A DNA stretch of 64,000 bases from Hyaloraphidium curvatum SAG 235-1 (Eukaryota > Fungi > Monoblepharomycota), in contig JAIVFI010000001.1 of the NCBI GenBank assembly GCA_025558095.1, positions 186,001-250,000 of the forward strand. The letters are read 5' to 3'. The position numbers and the translations under genes are program-made. The notes under the pieces are model-generated. The model saw only the letters and a list, made by a program, of their open reading frames with translations, was not told the origin of the DNA and ran no database searches. Of this stretch, positions 12,240 to 24,730 are shown in pieces (the stretch's first letter is position 1; each line of letters starts with the position of its first letter).

Positions 12240-13249
12240 TCACGTGCCTAGAGGGGTGAGGGTCGACATCCATTGGCGGACCAAATTCGCGCAAAACACT
12301 CACGGGCCACGTAGTAGCGGCAGGTCGATCGGTGGTGGTGGTTTCCGTGACGCGTGATCTTCTCGAAGGGCGCGAGGCACCTCCAGCAGAACTCATGGCC
12401 GCAACCGCCCGAAGCCTTGCGGCAGACGAGGTGGTCGCATCCGCCGTTCTTCTCGATCGGGCGGTCGCACGACGGGCAGCGCTTGGTTTTCCTGGCACCA
12501 AGAGGTTGAGATCCGTCTCGTGCACGCACCAAATGCACGGAACCAACCTCTCCAAGTACGCAGCCGTCGCACGCTGGTCGTCCGTCAGGAGCGTGTTCTG
12601 GAACTCGTCGCAGGTCATGTTGTTGTGCCTGCGGCGCACGGGAACGCGGATGATCAGTGCTCGAGTGCGACGCCATCATCGATCTGCAGTCGAACGGACC
12701 AGGCAACCTCGCACGAGAAGCATGTCTTGGTCCTGCACGCCCTGCACGTCATGATGGGGTAGTCGGTCCCGCCCTCGTGGATGTGACCCTCGCCGCAAAC
12801 GGGCTGGCGCGGATCGATAGTCAGCGTCGGGGAAAGCCTCCTAGTCGCAAGAGATCTCCGCTCACGTTGATGCACCAGCGGAAGTCCGGCATCTTGCTCA
12901 GCGCATTCCTCGTGATGAGCCGGTCGTAGCGCTCGAAGACTTCAGTCGTGGCGGCGACGCGGATTTCTTCGTGGCTGAGTTCGCGCTTGCAGCTCGCGCT
13001 GGGGCAACGGATGGTCATCGCCCCCTTCGAGTTGGTGTCGCTTTCGATGGACGCGGAGACGCAGGAGGTGCAGATGTCGACGGGGTGGCTGCAGCGGGCC
13101 GTGGGGGGCGCGGGCGGGAACGAGGTCTTCGGGAGCAGGTCGCTGCACACGGCGCACTCCGACGTGGGCTCCGGCGCGTCTCCCGTCGAAGGCTGGTCCG
13201 CTTTCGTAGAACGGCCGGTCGGCGGGTCGGCAGCGCGCTTGGATGCCAT
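12240..13249 (-). CDS. RBR (RING-IBR-RING) E3 ubiquitin ligase, multi-exon
   Basis: RING1 CAVC...CSH..C..C...IRCPSASC; IBR FRWC...C...CRAC...CFSC...H; RING2 TKRCPSCDRPIEKNGGCDHLVC...CGHEFCWRC. Confidence 0.88.
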
Positions 13250-13352
13250 GCTTTCGCTCTGCGAGTTGATGGGGTGATGGAGACGCACCGGTGACGGAGC
13301 GGTCGGTCGACTCCCCCTCGTCACCATCACTCTACGTACGTTTCTCTCTCTC

Positions 13353-15023
13353 CTACAATCTTGAGATCTTCAGAACAAAAACGTGCTCCTCGCTCCCGAT
13401 CCTGCCCACCCGCAGCACCAGCTCGCCATCCTCCCCCCTCATGCTCAGTACCGCGTCCTTCCCCAATGCCTCCTCCCCTTTTTTCAGCTCCCACTTCTCG
13501 CCCACATTCCCGACCGCGACCGTCGCCTCCACCTCCCCGCTCCACGCCGCCAGCCCGAACACCAGCGCCCCGCGATCGCGGAGGTACGCGCAGCGCACGA
13601 TGTCGATTGCGGAAGCCGGCTCCGCGGAAGCAAGGAACGGCTCCGCCCAGCGGGGATCGTCCCTCTTCCAGGCGCCCTCGTAGAGCTTGCGCATCCCGTC
13701 GGGAACGTTGAGTCTGGCGTAGGCGAGCATCGCGTTGCCGGTGAGCGGGTCCATGAACACGGGGTTGCCGTCCGAGTCGTACGAGGTGCCGTTCAAAGGG
13801 TAATACAGGCCCCCGTCCCGCATCGTGGGCTTCAGGTACCTGTCCGCGTACCGCAGCAACCCCTCGAGCTTGTCCCGCGGCCCCTTTTCCGACAGCCCCG
13901 CCGCGATGTACCCGAGCGTCGGCATCACGAACGGAACCTTGCGCGCGATCTCGGCCTCGTTCTCGATCACCACCTCGTCCTCCCGCTCCCCAGCTTCGAT
14001 CCGCGCCCTCCGCATCGCCGCGACGTTGGGCGGGCACACGCGCACGGTGCCCTCGGGGTCCGATTTGAGCCAGCCGGCGATCTGCCGCGGCCAGAGGGCA
14101 TCCGACGCCGCGGGGTTCCACGCGTTGAGAAACGTGTGAGCCCACGCGGACCAGCCGACCGAACCGCGCGACTCGAGGCGGTCCTGCTGGACGCGCCACC
14201 AATCCACGAAATAGCCCTGCCCGTCGAGCCAGTTCTTCTTCGCCCACGCGGCGGCGTACTTTTCCTGCACGCCCGAGGCGACGTCGGTGCCGGCGCGCAG
14301 GTCCAGGAGCTTCATGGCGACGAGGGGAAACTGATTGCAGACAATGAACACCATGTTCGGCTCGCAGCAGCACCCGAGCCACCCCGAGCGCTCCATCTGG
14401 TCAATGATGACGTCGCGCAGCTGGGTGGCCGAATACTCGAACTTTTCAGGCCCCATTCCCCAGAAGATCGGGTCGAACAGAAAGGTGAGCGCGCCGGGCT
14501 GGTCGTACCGGTCGTCGTTGCACAGGACGGCGTACAGGGCGACCATGGCGAGCAGGTGCCCACTGTACATGATGTTTTCCTCGCGGACGGGGTCGGCCCA
14601 AGGCTCGCGCAGTTCCTTGATGTCCGGGTTGACGCGGACGCCCGAGCGGGAGGTGAGGTACCAGAACTGCCACACCTCGCGCCGCAGCATCTTCCTGATC
14701 AGGTTCTGGAGGAGCGATTTGAAGTACCCGCGCGCGGCGGGGAGCCGGTGAAAGTGGCACAACGACGCGGCATAGAACATTTCCGCGAGCTGGTACCGGT
14801 AGGCGTCGAGCCACTCCTGGCCGGGGTCCTGCGCGCCCATTGTATCCCAGACACCGTCGGCCGCAGTGGCAAGGTTATAGAAATGCCGAAGGTGGGCGCG
14901 CTGCTTCGCGTCCAGGGCGGGAGCGGCGTCGAGCATCGCAGAGTATGAAGCAGGGTCAATAGAGTGGGAGGAAGCGTCCGATGGCGGCCCGTCCCCGGGA
15001 GTCCCCGAGTCGGGCATGCTCAT
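13353..15023 (-). CDS. Linalool dehydratase/isomerase (LinD)-like protein, intronless
   Basis: YRYQLA; DPVREENIMYSGHL; CCEPNMVFIVCNQ. These correspond to the LinD motifs ENIMYKGHL and CEPDNYFVQCN. Confidence 0.75.
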   Translation of the reverse strand: MSMPDSGTPGDGPPSDASSHSIDPASYSAMLDAAPALDAKQRAHLRHFYNLATAADGVWDTMGAQDPGQEWLDAYRYQLAEMFYAASLCHFHRLPAARGYFKSLLQNLIRKMLRREVWQFWYLTSRSGVRVNPDIKELREPWADPVREENIMYSGHLLAMVALYAVLCNDDRYDQPGALTFLFDPIFWGMGPEKFEYSATQLRDVIIDQMERSGWLGCCCEPNMVFIVCNQFPLVAMKLLDLRAGTDVASGVQEKYAAAWAKKNWLDGQGYFVDWWRVQQDRLESRGSVGWSAWAHTFLNAWNPAASDALWPRQIAGWLKSDPEGTVRVCPPNVAAMRRARIEAGEREDEVVIENEAEIARKVPFVMPTLGYIAAGLSEKGPRDKLEGLLRYADRYLKPTMRDGGLYYPLNGTSYDSDGNPVFMDPLTGNAMLAYARLNVPDGMRKLYEGAWKRDDPRWAEPFLASAEPASAIDIVRCAYLRDRGALVFGLAAWSGEVEATVAVGNVGEKWELKKGEEALGKDAVLSMRGEDGELVLRVGRIGSEEHVFVLKISRL

Positions 15024-15252
15024 GTCTCCCGCGCTGATTTCAACGGCAAAGACTCAAGCTCCCGACGCCTAAATCGCTTTAGGCGGACAAAGGCAACTAC
15101 AGGTTCGACGAGCGGATCCGATCTGCCAGTGGTAACCCTTGGTGTGCCTCATAAAGAAGTAGAGGGTGCCAGTGGTGGTGTGCCTGAAAGAAGTAGAGGG
15201 AGCAGCGTGCTGGAAGGGACTGCGCATCCAGGAACCGGTCCGACGACTCGAG

Positions 15253-18200
15253 ATGGCGGCGCCGGGGGACGCGGCGGCGGGCCCGACCGAAAGCCTTTGG
15301 ACGCGAGCTGCGCGGCCGGACGCGGAGGACGAGGACGAGGGTGGGCGGACTGCCGGCCGGCACGCGACACCGAACTCACCCGAGTTCGATCAGCGTTCTG
15401 CCGCGTGTGCCGCCACTCGCAGCCGCCGCTGTTCCACCCGTGCCGCTGCGCGGGCAGCATGCGGTACGTCCACCAGGGCTGCCTCGAGAGCTGGCTGGCG
15501 CACTCCAACTCGCGCGCGTGCGAGATCTGCGGCACGGTGTTCGGCTTCGAGAACGTCTACGCCGGCGGCCGCCCGCCGAGCATCGGCCCCGCCGTGGTCG
15601 CCGCCGCCGTCGGCCGCGCGCTGACGAGCGCTGCGAGGACCGCCGCGCGCCGCACGCTGGCCGCCGCCGTGTGGCTCGCCGCCGTGCCGTACCTGACCGT
15701 GTGGCTGGCGCGCGTGGTGTTTGCCTTTTCGCGGACCGGCGCGATCGTACAGGAGAGGCTGCCGCCGCTGCTGGGCGGCGCCCTCGGGGCCGCCTGGCGG
15801 GCGTCGCACGCGCTGGTCTCTGATTTGCTGATAGCGGTTCTGTGGGGCGGGCCGGGCGGCGACCTCACCGTGCTCTCGGTGCTCCGCGGGCGCGCGGCGA
15901 CGGCGGGCAGGGCGGCCGTCGAGCTGTGGTCTTCCGAGGCGATGAGCGTGTTCCTTTCGGATACCCTGCACGGGCAGCTGCTGTCGACTTCCATCGTGAT
16001 GCTGGTGCTGTGCTTCCTCTGCATCAGGGAGTGGATCGTTCTCGCGACACCCGTGGACGCGCAGGGCCGGGCAATCGTGCCGGAGGAGGGCGGCCTGGCG
16101 ATCCCGGAGCCGCCGCCGGCTCCCGTTCCCGCCCCCGCCGCCGAACCGGTCGAGCAGCAGCAACCCGCCGAGCAACCCGTCGAGCAACCCGCAGAGGCGC
16201 ACGAGGAGCCCGTCGACCCGGACCACCCGCTCGGCGCGCAACCGCCCCCCCTTCCCGACCTCCTCGACCCCGAAGGCGGCATCTTCCATCCCCCCGCCGC
16301 CGCAGCCCCCATCCCACCCGCCCTACCCCCCGCCCTACCACCGCAACCTGCCCCCGCGCCCGCCCTCCCACCCCTCCTCCCCCTCGCCGACGACGACCCC
16401 GACGCCGAAGCCCCCGACCTCCCCATGCTCATGCGCGTCCTCGGCCTCGCCGGCCCCGTCGGCACGCTGTTCCAGTCCGCCGCGGTGCTGCTGGTCGTCG
16501 AGAACGCGGTCATGGTGTTCCTGGGGCTGGTGCCGTACTGGTTCGGGCTACTGGCGGCGCGGGCGGGAAGGGGGGCGTGGAGGCTGGCGCTGATGCTGGA
16601 TGCGGCGGCGGTGGAGCCGCTGGTGGAGACGGCCGTGAGGGGGTTGAGGGGGTTCCTGAAGCAGGGGACAAACGGGACGATGGAGCAGAGGGCGAACGAG
16701 ACGCTGGAGGGCGGGAACGCGACGGTGGGAGAGTTGGCGAACGCAACGGCGGCAGGCGTCGCGCATCTCGCCGCATCGATCGCCGCCAACGCGAACGCCA
16801 ACGCCACCCTGCCCATCGAGGTGCCCGGCCCGCTCGACCTCCCCGGACCCGCGCGCGCGATCCTCGCCGCCCACCCCTTCGACCCGCCCCTCCCCACCGC
16901 GCACATCCTCTCCCACATCCTCCTCGGGCACGCCGTGCTGTTCGGCATCTTGGCCGCCTACGCCACGCTCGACCCCGCGCTGCTCTCCAACCCGTACATG
17001 GCGACCTGCCGTCGGCTGCTCCGCTCGCTGTGGACGAACGCTTACCGCGGCACGAAAGTGTCCTTCTTTCTCGCTTTCGAGCTCGCCGTCTTCCCCCTGC
17101 TCTGCGGCCTCCTCGTCTCCTTCTGCACCCTCCCCCTCTTCGGCTCCACCGTCGCCTCCCGCTTGGCCTTCCACGCGCGGCACCCGTGGACCTCGGCCTT
17201 CCTGCACTGGATCGCCGGCACCACGTACATGTTCCACCTCGCCGCGCACGTGGGCCTGCTCAAGCGCGTCTTCAGGCCCGGCACGCTGTGGTTCGTCCGC
17301 GACCCGAACGATCCCCGCGGCGGGGGGCTGGACGAGCTCTGGGAAAGGGGGTGGCGCGCGCAGGCGAGGAAGCTGCTCGCGTCGCTGGCCATGTACGCGT
17401 GCCTCGTCCTGGGCGGTGTGGGCGGGTGGGTGCTCGCCACGCGCGCGCTGTCGGCGCTCGCGGCCGCGGCGGGGATGCGGAGCGAGTGGCGCGTGTTCCC
17501 GCTGCACTACCATCCCGGCGCGGCGCTCTTTGGCGGGGAGCAGGTGCCCCTGGACCTGCTCGCGGTGAACCTGCTGGTGCCGGCTGGGCTGCGGGCCGTG
17601 GAGCCGGACGCGTGGGCAAAGTGGGCCGTGGAGCTGTGGTGGCGCAGGGTCGGGAGGATGATGGGCATGGAGGGGCTGCTGTTTTCGCGGGAGGAAGCCG
17701 GCGCTGATGCCGCACCCGCGCCCCCGGCGCCCGCGGAACCGGAGACGATGCTACTCCGCGTGCCCAAGCGCGACCACGTACCGCTGCTCCCGCGGGTGCC
17801 GATGATGGTGCCGTGGGAGGAGGGCGCGCCGCTGGCGGGGCGGCCGGGGGAGACGGAGGAGGACGTGAGGGCCAACTGGGAGCTGGTGCGGGTGCCGCGC
17901 GACTGGAAGAGGAGGGTGTGGGGGATGCTGGGGCTGCAGTGGGTCAGCTGGGTCGCGTTCGGCATCGTTGCATTCGACCTGCCGCGTAAGTTGTGGGCGC
18001 GGTTGCGTTTTGCGGCATTGCTGACTCAGCTTGACAACCAGTGATCCTCGGCCGCCTCATCTTTGCCGCGCTGGACGACACCTTCGACCTCGCGGCCTCG
18101 CGGACGGGGCTGAGCACCCTTGTGCTCGCGATTCCGGCCTTGTCGCTCATGCAGTCGCCGGCCGCCGGCAACGCGACCGCGGACGCCGACGCCGCGGAGG

Positions 18201-19006
18201 CCCAGCACGTACCCCTCATCGGGCCCATGATTCGGCCGGACCTGCCCGTTCACGACGCGTACTCCTTCTTCATGGGCTGGGGCGTGATACTCGGCCTGTA
18301 CGGCGCGGTCAAGTACCTGCCGGTCGGCCTGCGGCACGTCGCGTCGCTGGCCGAGGACCCGCGGCTCCTGCGGACCGTGAGGAGGGTGCTTCCGGCCGTC
18401 GGCTACTACTCTCTCGCGCTGTTCCTGGTCTGCGGGATCCTGCCCTTCCTCGTCGGCACCGTCTTCTCCGTCTACATCCTCCTCCCGCTCCGGAGCCCCC
18501 GCGACACGACGCAGCTCACCTTCCCGCTCTCGGACTGGGCCCTGGGCGTCGTCTACCTCAAGATCCTGTACAACCTCGCCTTGCTGCAGCCGGACCAGCC
18601 CGACCTCGGCGGGCCGTGGGTGCTCCGCAACCCGCGCCCGCGCGAGACCGAGTGGGTCAAGCTCGCCCTGCGCAAGGTGCTCCTGCCCATGCTTGCAGGC
18701 TCCGTTGCGCTCCTGGTTGGGCCGTGGATGATGGCGGGTGCTGTTTCGGCGTTCGTGCTGCCGCGGTACCCGGGAATGTTCGGGATCGGCGGCGAGGGCG
18801 GGGTGGATCTGGAGCTGGCGCGCGAGCTGCTGCACCGCCAGGCGTACCCGATCGTGCTGTGCGGGGTGATTGCGGTCGAGGCGCTCGAGAGGGTCGCCAA
18901 GGCGGTCAAGGGATGGCTGGAGAAGGAGAGGGACGAGCGGTACCTGGTCGGCAGGAGGCTGCACAACTTTGAAGGCGGCAGTGCGGGCACGGCGGCGGCA
19001 TTGTGA
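15253..19006 (+). CDS. DOA10: Doa10/MARCH6-like ER membrane E3 ligase (RINGv plus multiple TM segments)
   Basis: CRVCR...PLFHPCRCAGSMRYVHQGCLESWL...CEIC; TD-domain-like FRPGTLWFVRDPND; C-terminal RDERYLVGRRLHN; introns near 15341-15394 and 17986-18040. Confidence 0.88.
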
Positions 19007-19053
19007 AGCCAAGATGTATCGACTACAAGAACATCGGATCAAGATTCGCGCTC

Positions 19054-20403
19054 CTAGCTGCGCTTCCGCTTCTTGAGCTCCTTGTCCTCGGTCTCTTTAC
19101 GGTGGCGTTCCGCCCATTCTCCCAGCCATTTTTCCTCAGGCGATGTGAAAGCCATGTTCAGATTTGCAATGTTCAGTGTAGCTCCGCTGCGTTTCTCTTG
19201 TTGTCCAAGAGGCCGAACTCGCAGCAATTGGACCAAGGGTGAGCCATCGAGTTCCTTGGCAAATTGAATGACAGGAGGGCCATCCGTGCGTTTATCGAGC
19301 TCCTTCCATTTCTTCGAAGGGTCTAGGCGGCCCTCCAAGACCCAGCGAATCATCCGATCCCCGTAGCCGTCCCTCGCATCGCGAAAAGAGTACGATTTGA
19401 CATACACAGGGAACGGCAGCTCGATGGAAAGTGCCTCGTTGGGTTGGAAGGACATGTACATTCCGCTCAAAGACATCGGGTCCTGTCGGAGTGAAGGATC
19501 TGGCGTTGTTATGGAAGCGCCTGCTCGTCGGAATCCGCGCAAGTCGTACGATCCTCCTGCATCATCTAGTAGCTCACGTTGCTCGAAGCGTCGGAGGCGA
19601 TCAAAAGCACTATCATTGAGGATCTGCCGAGGCACGTATGGGAAAGACTTGCAGGCTTCGAGAATTGGAGCTGGCAGCAGCGGAAATTTCACCAAGCTGA
19701 GGAGTTCAGATGACGCCTTCAGCGCCGCCGCATCGCCGTTGACTCGAGCGTCTTCAGTGACGCCCAAGATAGCAAAAAACCGCTGAAACTCCGAGACCAA
19801 GCTTAAGCCGTCACGAACGAGGAACTCGGCCAGATTATCGATTGGAACGTGGGACAAGTCCTCGTTCCAAAGCTCCATGCCGAACGTTTTGGCTGCGAAT
19901 GGCATCACAAGGTCTTTGGCTTCCGGGAAGTCTCGGAGATCTTCGAGAAGTTCAAACGAAGTAGATCCTTCTTTGCCGGGATACGCGGCCATCCATGCTT
20001 CGCAGTGCGCCCGCAGCCGAGCTATGTCGAGCTGCGAAGCCATAGCATAGAGCGCCGCAAGATTGTCCGATTCGATGGTGATCTTGCCGCCGTACATCCA
20101 GCGCAGAACGTCCGGCCAGACCCCACGGGGGTCCGGGAAGCCCAACCTGACTTCGCCAGCCGCCGTCTCTTTGAACCCGTGAGCGAGCGCAGCCCGAAAG
20201 AAGCCCGAGTGAGCGCAGACCACGATGCTGTGGAGCCGGCGTTCGCTTCCGTCCGCATCAACGACAGACAGGTCCGAGCGCTCGCCCGATTCGAGGAAGG
20301 GAAGGAACGCGCCGGACCGGAAGAAACCGCCCTCGGAAGCCGCTTCATCAAAGACCGTTGCGGCAAGGGCGGGATTTGTCGCCGGGGTCGCTTGAGTCGC
20401 CAT
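19054..20403 (-). CDS. BTB/POZ-domain protein with C-terminal beta-sandwich (discoidin-like) region
   Basis: SDLSVV...RLHSIVVCAHSGFFRAALAHGFKE...VLRWMYGGKI is a BTB signature; intact 449-aa ORF. Confidence 0.8.
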   Translation of the reverse strand: MATQATPATNPALAATVFDEAASEGGFFRSGAFLPFLESGERSDLSVVDADGSERRLHSIVVCAHSGFFRAALAHGFKETAAGEVRLGFPDPRGVWPDVLRWMYGGKITIESDNLAALYAMASQLDIARLRAHCEAWMAAYPGKEGSTSFELLEDLRDFPEAKDLVMPFAAKTFGMELWNEDLSHVPIDNLAEFLVRDGLSLVSEFQRFFAILGVTEDARVNGDAAALKASSELLSLVKFPLLPAPILEACKSFPYVPRQILNDSAFDRLRRFEQRELLDDAGGSYDLRGFRRAGASITTPDPSLRQDPMSLSGMYMSFQPNEALSIELPFPVYVKSYSFRDARDGYGDRMIRWVLEGRLDPSKKWKELDKRTDGPPVIQFAKELDGSPLVQLLRVRPLGQQEKRSGATLNIANLNMAFTSPEEKWLGEWAERHRKETEDKELKKRKRS

Positions 20404-20519
20404 TTGGACCGTGCAGCTGCGCTGGGTCGGCCGCGAGGTGGTTGATGAATCACCGGTCGGAACCGCACAAGCCTCATCAGCAACCGCCGAGAAAGACAGG
20501 CTTACTCCGTCCTTCTATC

Positions 20520-23500
20520 TTATATATTGACATCTTTCCTCCTTAGCTGCTCCAATCCCACCGTGCCAAACTCCACGGCGCATCCATTCCCGACATTCGG
20601 GAACTGCTTCCGCTCGTCGGCACTCGGAGACGACGAGCATTCGCTGGCAATCCCCTTGGCCGACCCGCGCGGAACCACGGCAACCAGCACGCGCCCTTTC
20701 GCGTCCAGGAACTGCCTGAAGTAGCGATTGTAGACCTTGAGCAGGTCATCGCGGCCGAGAGCAAACAGCTTGGACTCGTAATCCAACTCCTCGTCAAGCG
20801 TTTTGAAGCCCTTGAAACCAGATTAGCGGCCTTGAAATCCAGCAACCAGCTGCAAACCAACCTTGACGGCCCCGGTGATCGCGCTCCACACCGCGCCGCC
20901 CGTCGTCCCGCGCCCCTCCACCATCCCAAACGCGAGCGACGCCCTCGCGGCCTCGATCTCGGTCTCCGTCAGCGCCGCCTCGATGCTCCCCAGCACGTCC
21001 CACAGCCCGTACAGCGCCTTGCGGACGTCGGTGCACTCCCACGCGTCGAACCTCAGCAGACCCGAGTGGCTAGACAGGGACACCTCGGCGCCATACGCGA
21101 ACCCGCCACCGCGGATGCGACTGTAGAGCACGCCGTCGGTGCGGGAGAGCAGCGAGGACAGCAGGCGGACGGCCAGGTAGTCGTCGTCGCCGGGCCGCAG
21201 GCCGCAGGGCACGGCGGAGATGACGTAAGACGTCGCGATGCCCTGGAGCGGGACGAGCATCGCGGTGGGGAGAGACTTGGCGAGGTCGGAGAGATCAAAG
21301 AGGGCCGACGGGATCGGGAAAAAGTCGGAGGGAGGAGCAGCCACGTCCGGCTTGCCGTTGGCCTTCGAGGTGCTGGGCACGTGCTGCTTCCAGATGTTGA
21401 GGAAACCCTGCAGCGCCCGATCGCCGGCGGCAGCGTCCGGAGCGGTGACGACAAGGAACCCGCCCGTGCCCGCAACGAGCTCCTTCCTCAGCGCGTCGAA
21501 AGCAGCCGCAACGGAGCCGGCGTCCGCCCGCACACGCTTGACGAGCTCCTTGAGGAACGGCTTCTGCAAAAAAGTGGAAACGGCGACCTCGTTCGCGCTC
21601 CCCGGCCCCTTTTCGCCGTCGCCGCACGCCAGAGACCGGAGCACGGCCTGCGCCACGTCCGACGCCTCGCGCTCCGACTCGGAGCACCGCGACTCCAGGT
21701 TGCGCGCCACGGCTTCCACCCGCTCGCCGTCCCACACGGCGCCGAAGAGGCATGCGGCGAGCCAGGATGCGGATTCCGAGACGAGTGCGTGCGGGAAGGT
21801 GCAGCCGATCTGGAACAGGTGCGGGAGCCAGCCCGCCGATAGGCCGGTCGCCGACATGCCCAGGCCGGCAAAATGCGAGGTGAAAAGCTCGAGCGTGCGC
21901 TTGGAGACCTCCTCCCACGTGCGCGGGCCGCCGGGACCGTCGGACATGGGCGTCGTAAAGAGCAGCTCGGAAAGCGAGGGGAGCAGCAGCCTCGAACCCT
22001 TGCCCAGCCGGTCCGTGGGCAGGAACAGGCGGATGCCCGAAAACGCCGTGTCGGCCTCCACCACCACCGCCGCCGAAAACGGCAAGCCCGGCGGCAGCCC
22101 CACCACCCTCCTCGCCGCCGGAATGCTCGGCAGCCCTTTGGTGCTCGGCACCGGCGGCATCCCCGCGACCACCTCGGGCGGCACGTCCGTCTCCTGCGCG
22201 CGCTTGGCCTCGGCCGCTTTGCGGGACATCTCCTCCAGCCCCTGCGGGCCGAGCGAGTCGCACCGAGCCTGCCGTTCGCGCTCCGTCTTGGCCTGCTCTT
22301 CCCGGGCGAGCGTCGGCGAGGGTCTGCACGAAACCTCGGCGCAGGGAAGGTCCCAGACGAGCTTCTGCAGCACCGATTTCCAGTACCCCGAGTCTTTTTC
22401 ACCCTTGGCGAGCAGCGCGTCCGCGGCCGCCAGCGCCGCAACCCTCCCTTCCAGCTTCCCCGCCCCCTCGCCCAGAAGGATGCCCGGGATCGCCAGCTCC
22501 GCCAGCGTCTCCGCAGGATCGTCCTCGAGGTCCTCGGCGAGGCGGCGGCGGTGCCGTTCGAGCGTCGGGAGCACCGCGGCGTGGGTGAGCGGGGAATCGG
22601 GGGCAAAGAGCGGGGCAAGGGAGGCGTGCAGGAGGGAGGAAAAGGCCGAGGGGGCAAAGAGGTCCGGCTCCGACGAGGTGGAGGAGGCCGATCCGGCGTC
22701 GGAAGCGCTGTCGGCGCCGGAACCGTCGGAGGAGGAGCCGTCGTCGGAGGCGCCGGAGCCCGAGTCCACGGACATGTCCGATCCCTCGTCGGCCTCGGAT
22801 CCTGCGCCGTCCTCAGCCTCGGACCCCGACCCGCCTTCCGAACCCTCCTCGACGTCCTCCCAGCTCCCCTCGCTCCCCGATCCCTCGGCATCAGATCCCG
22901 CGTCCGACCCGCTGCCCACTTCCGCCCCGTCGCCGCGGAACGGCACGCCCCAGAAGGCGATACGGAACGCGGCCCTCCCGACCGCGGGGTACTCCATCAC
23001 CTCCCAATCTACCTGCTCGCACCGCGGCCTCCTCAGAGAAGTCCAGCTGCCGAGGATGCTGGACGGGTCCTCGCACAGCCAGCGTCCGAGCACGTCGAGC
23101 GCGTCGAGGTCTTCCGGCGAGGTGCCCTCGGGAAGCAGGAAAGTGTAGGAGAGGCTGCCCGTGTCGGCGTCGGGCGAGGGAAAGTCGACGGTGCGGAGGA
23201 CGGAGGGTGCGCCGGTGGAGAAGGGCGGGGCGGGGAGGTCGGGGATGTGCTGGATCGCGGGCAACGGAGCCGAGCCGTTGGTGTTCATGCCGGTGGCGTC
23301 CGTTCCGACGACTCCTTGGAGCGCGGCGCGGATCTCGGCGTCCTCGGGCACGTCGCCGGCCAGCAGCAGGGTGAGACGGTCCGGATCGTACCACTGGGCG
23401 TGGTAGGCCTTGACTTGGTCATTGGTCAGCTTCTCAATCTCGGGGGTGAGCCCGCCGCACTCGAACGCGTAGGTCGAGCCGCCAAACACGGCCTCGCGCG

Positions 23501-23966
23501 CCGTGCGGTCCAGCAGGTCGGCCTGGGTGTTTTCGCGGCCGGCCATCTCGGCGTGGACCACGCCCCGGAGCGCGCCCTGGCCGTCGACATGGAGGACCTC
23601 GGCCGCAAAGTGCGAGTCGGAGAGCACGGGGTTCAGCACGTGGTCCAGGAATGTCGGCAGCACCTTGAGCAGGTTGCGGCCCCCGGCGGCCGTCAGCGTG
23701 TACGCCGTGTGGTCCTCGGTCGTGTACGCGTTCGTGCCGTTGGAGAGGGCGCGAACTGCAAGGAGATCCAGCAGCCCGCGGTGCGGCGCGTTCCGCGACC
23801 CGCAAAAGACGAGGTGCTCGAGCGTGTGCGGCAGCCCGCGGCCGTCCTTGACCCGCGTGGGCACGATGGCCCAGACGTACGACAGCGGGCCCGGGAGGGG
23901 AAGCGCGAGCGTCCGCAGCCGCGGCACGGCGACCTCGCGCACGCGGGGCACCGCCGCAGCGCCCAT
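20520..23966 (-). CDS. M16 family zinc metallopeptidase (M16C-like)
   Basis: Inverted zincin GLPHTLEHLVFCGS; TNAYTTEDHTAY; C-terminal RIRGGGFAYGA; acidic Ser/Gly-rich insert; intron near 20790-20845. Confidence 0.85.
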
Positions 23967-24189
23967 CGCCGCGCGTTTGAAGACGTGGAACGCGAGGGAG
24001 GGGGCCAGCGGGGCAAGGAGGGCGGATAGCCGTTTTGTTCCTGCGCGTGGTTGGGCGGCGCGGGACCGCGGACCCCGAGCGGTTGCAGACTGGCGCTCGA
24101 GGTCAAGATCTCTCCAAGAAAGAGGCATTAGAGCTTTGCAATGCCAAATCGAAGATCGTGGTTCATCAATCTAGCTAGATTGGGCCTTA

Positions 24190-24600
24190 CTACTCGTCCA
24201 TTTCGGCGTTTTCCGTGATCTCGCCCAACTCATGCTTCTTGACCCAACCATAGTCGGTCTGGACGTAGCCGTACTGATGAAACAGCTCCCCCCTCTCCGA
24301 CTCGATGATCATTCTTTCGGTCTCGCTCTTGGCGGACAGACCGGCTCGGAACCACCAGCTGTACTCGGTGAAGCCGACCACGGCTTTGCCGACGGGCTTG
24401 ATCCCGGCGGCGACGCGGTCCATGTCCGCCTCGTCGTCGCCGAGATTGAAGCTGAAGAGGTTGAAGACCAAGTCGTCGTACGAGACGGGCTGCCCGGTGA
24501 CGGCGTTCCTCATCGTTCTGTCGCGGAGGATGCGTAGGCGCCCATACTTCGCAGCTTCCCGCAGCTGGCGTAGTGCCTCACGGTGGCAAAAGAGAACGAA
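24190..24600 (-). pseudogene. 3' fragment of an unknown protein-coding gene
   Basis: Protein-like ~130-aa frame (HREALRQLREAAKYGRL...TENAEMDE*). Its 5' end runs into the duplicated upstream segment of the neighbouring paralogue. Confidence 0.35.
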
Positions 24601-24730
24601 CCGGTGGCAATGAGAGGGACAGATAGACGCTGTTTGTTTTTGTTTCCCGCAGGCGTCGACCGATGACTCGTCACCCGCCTCCATCGAAATCAATCCATTC
24701 GCAGTCCAAAAGCGCTTCTAGTGCCGCATC

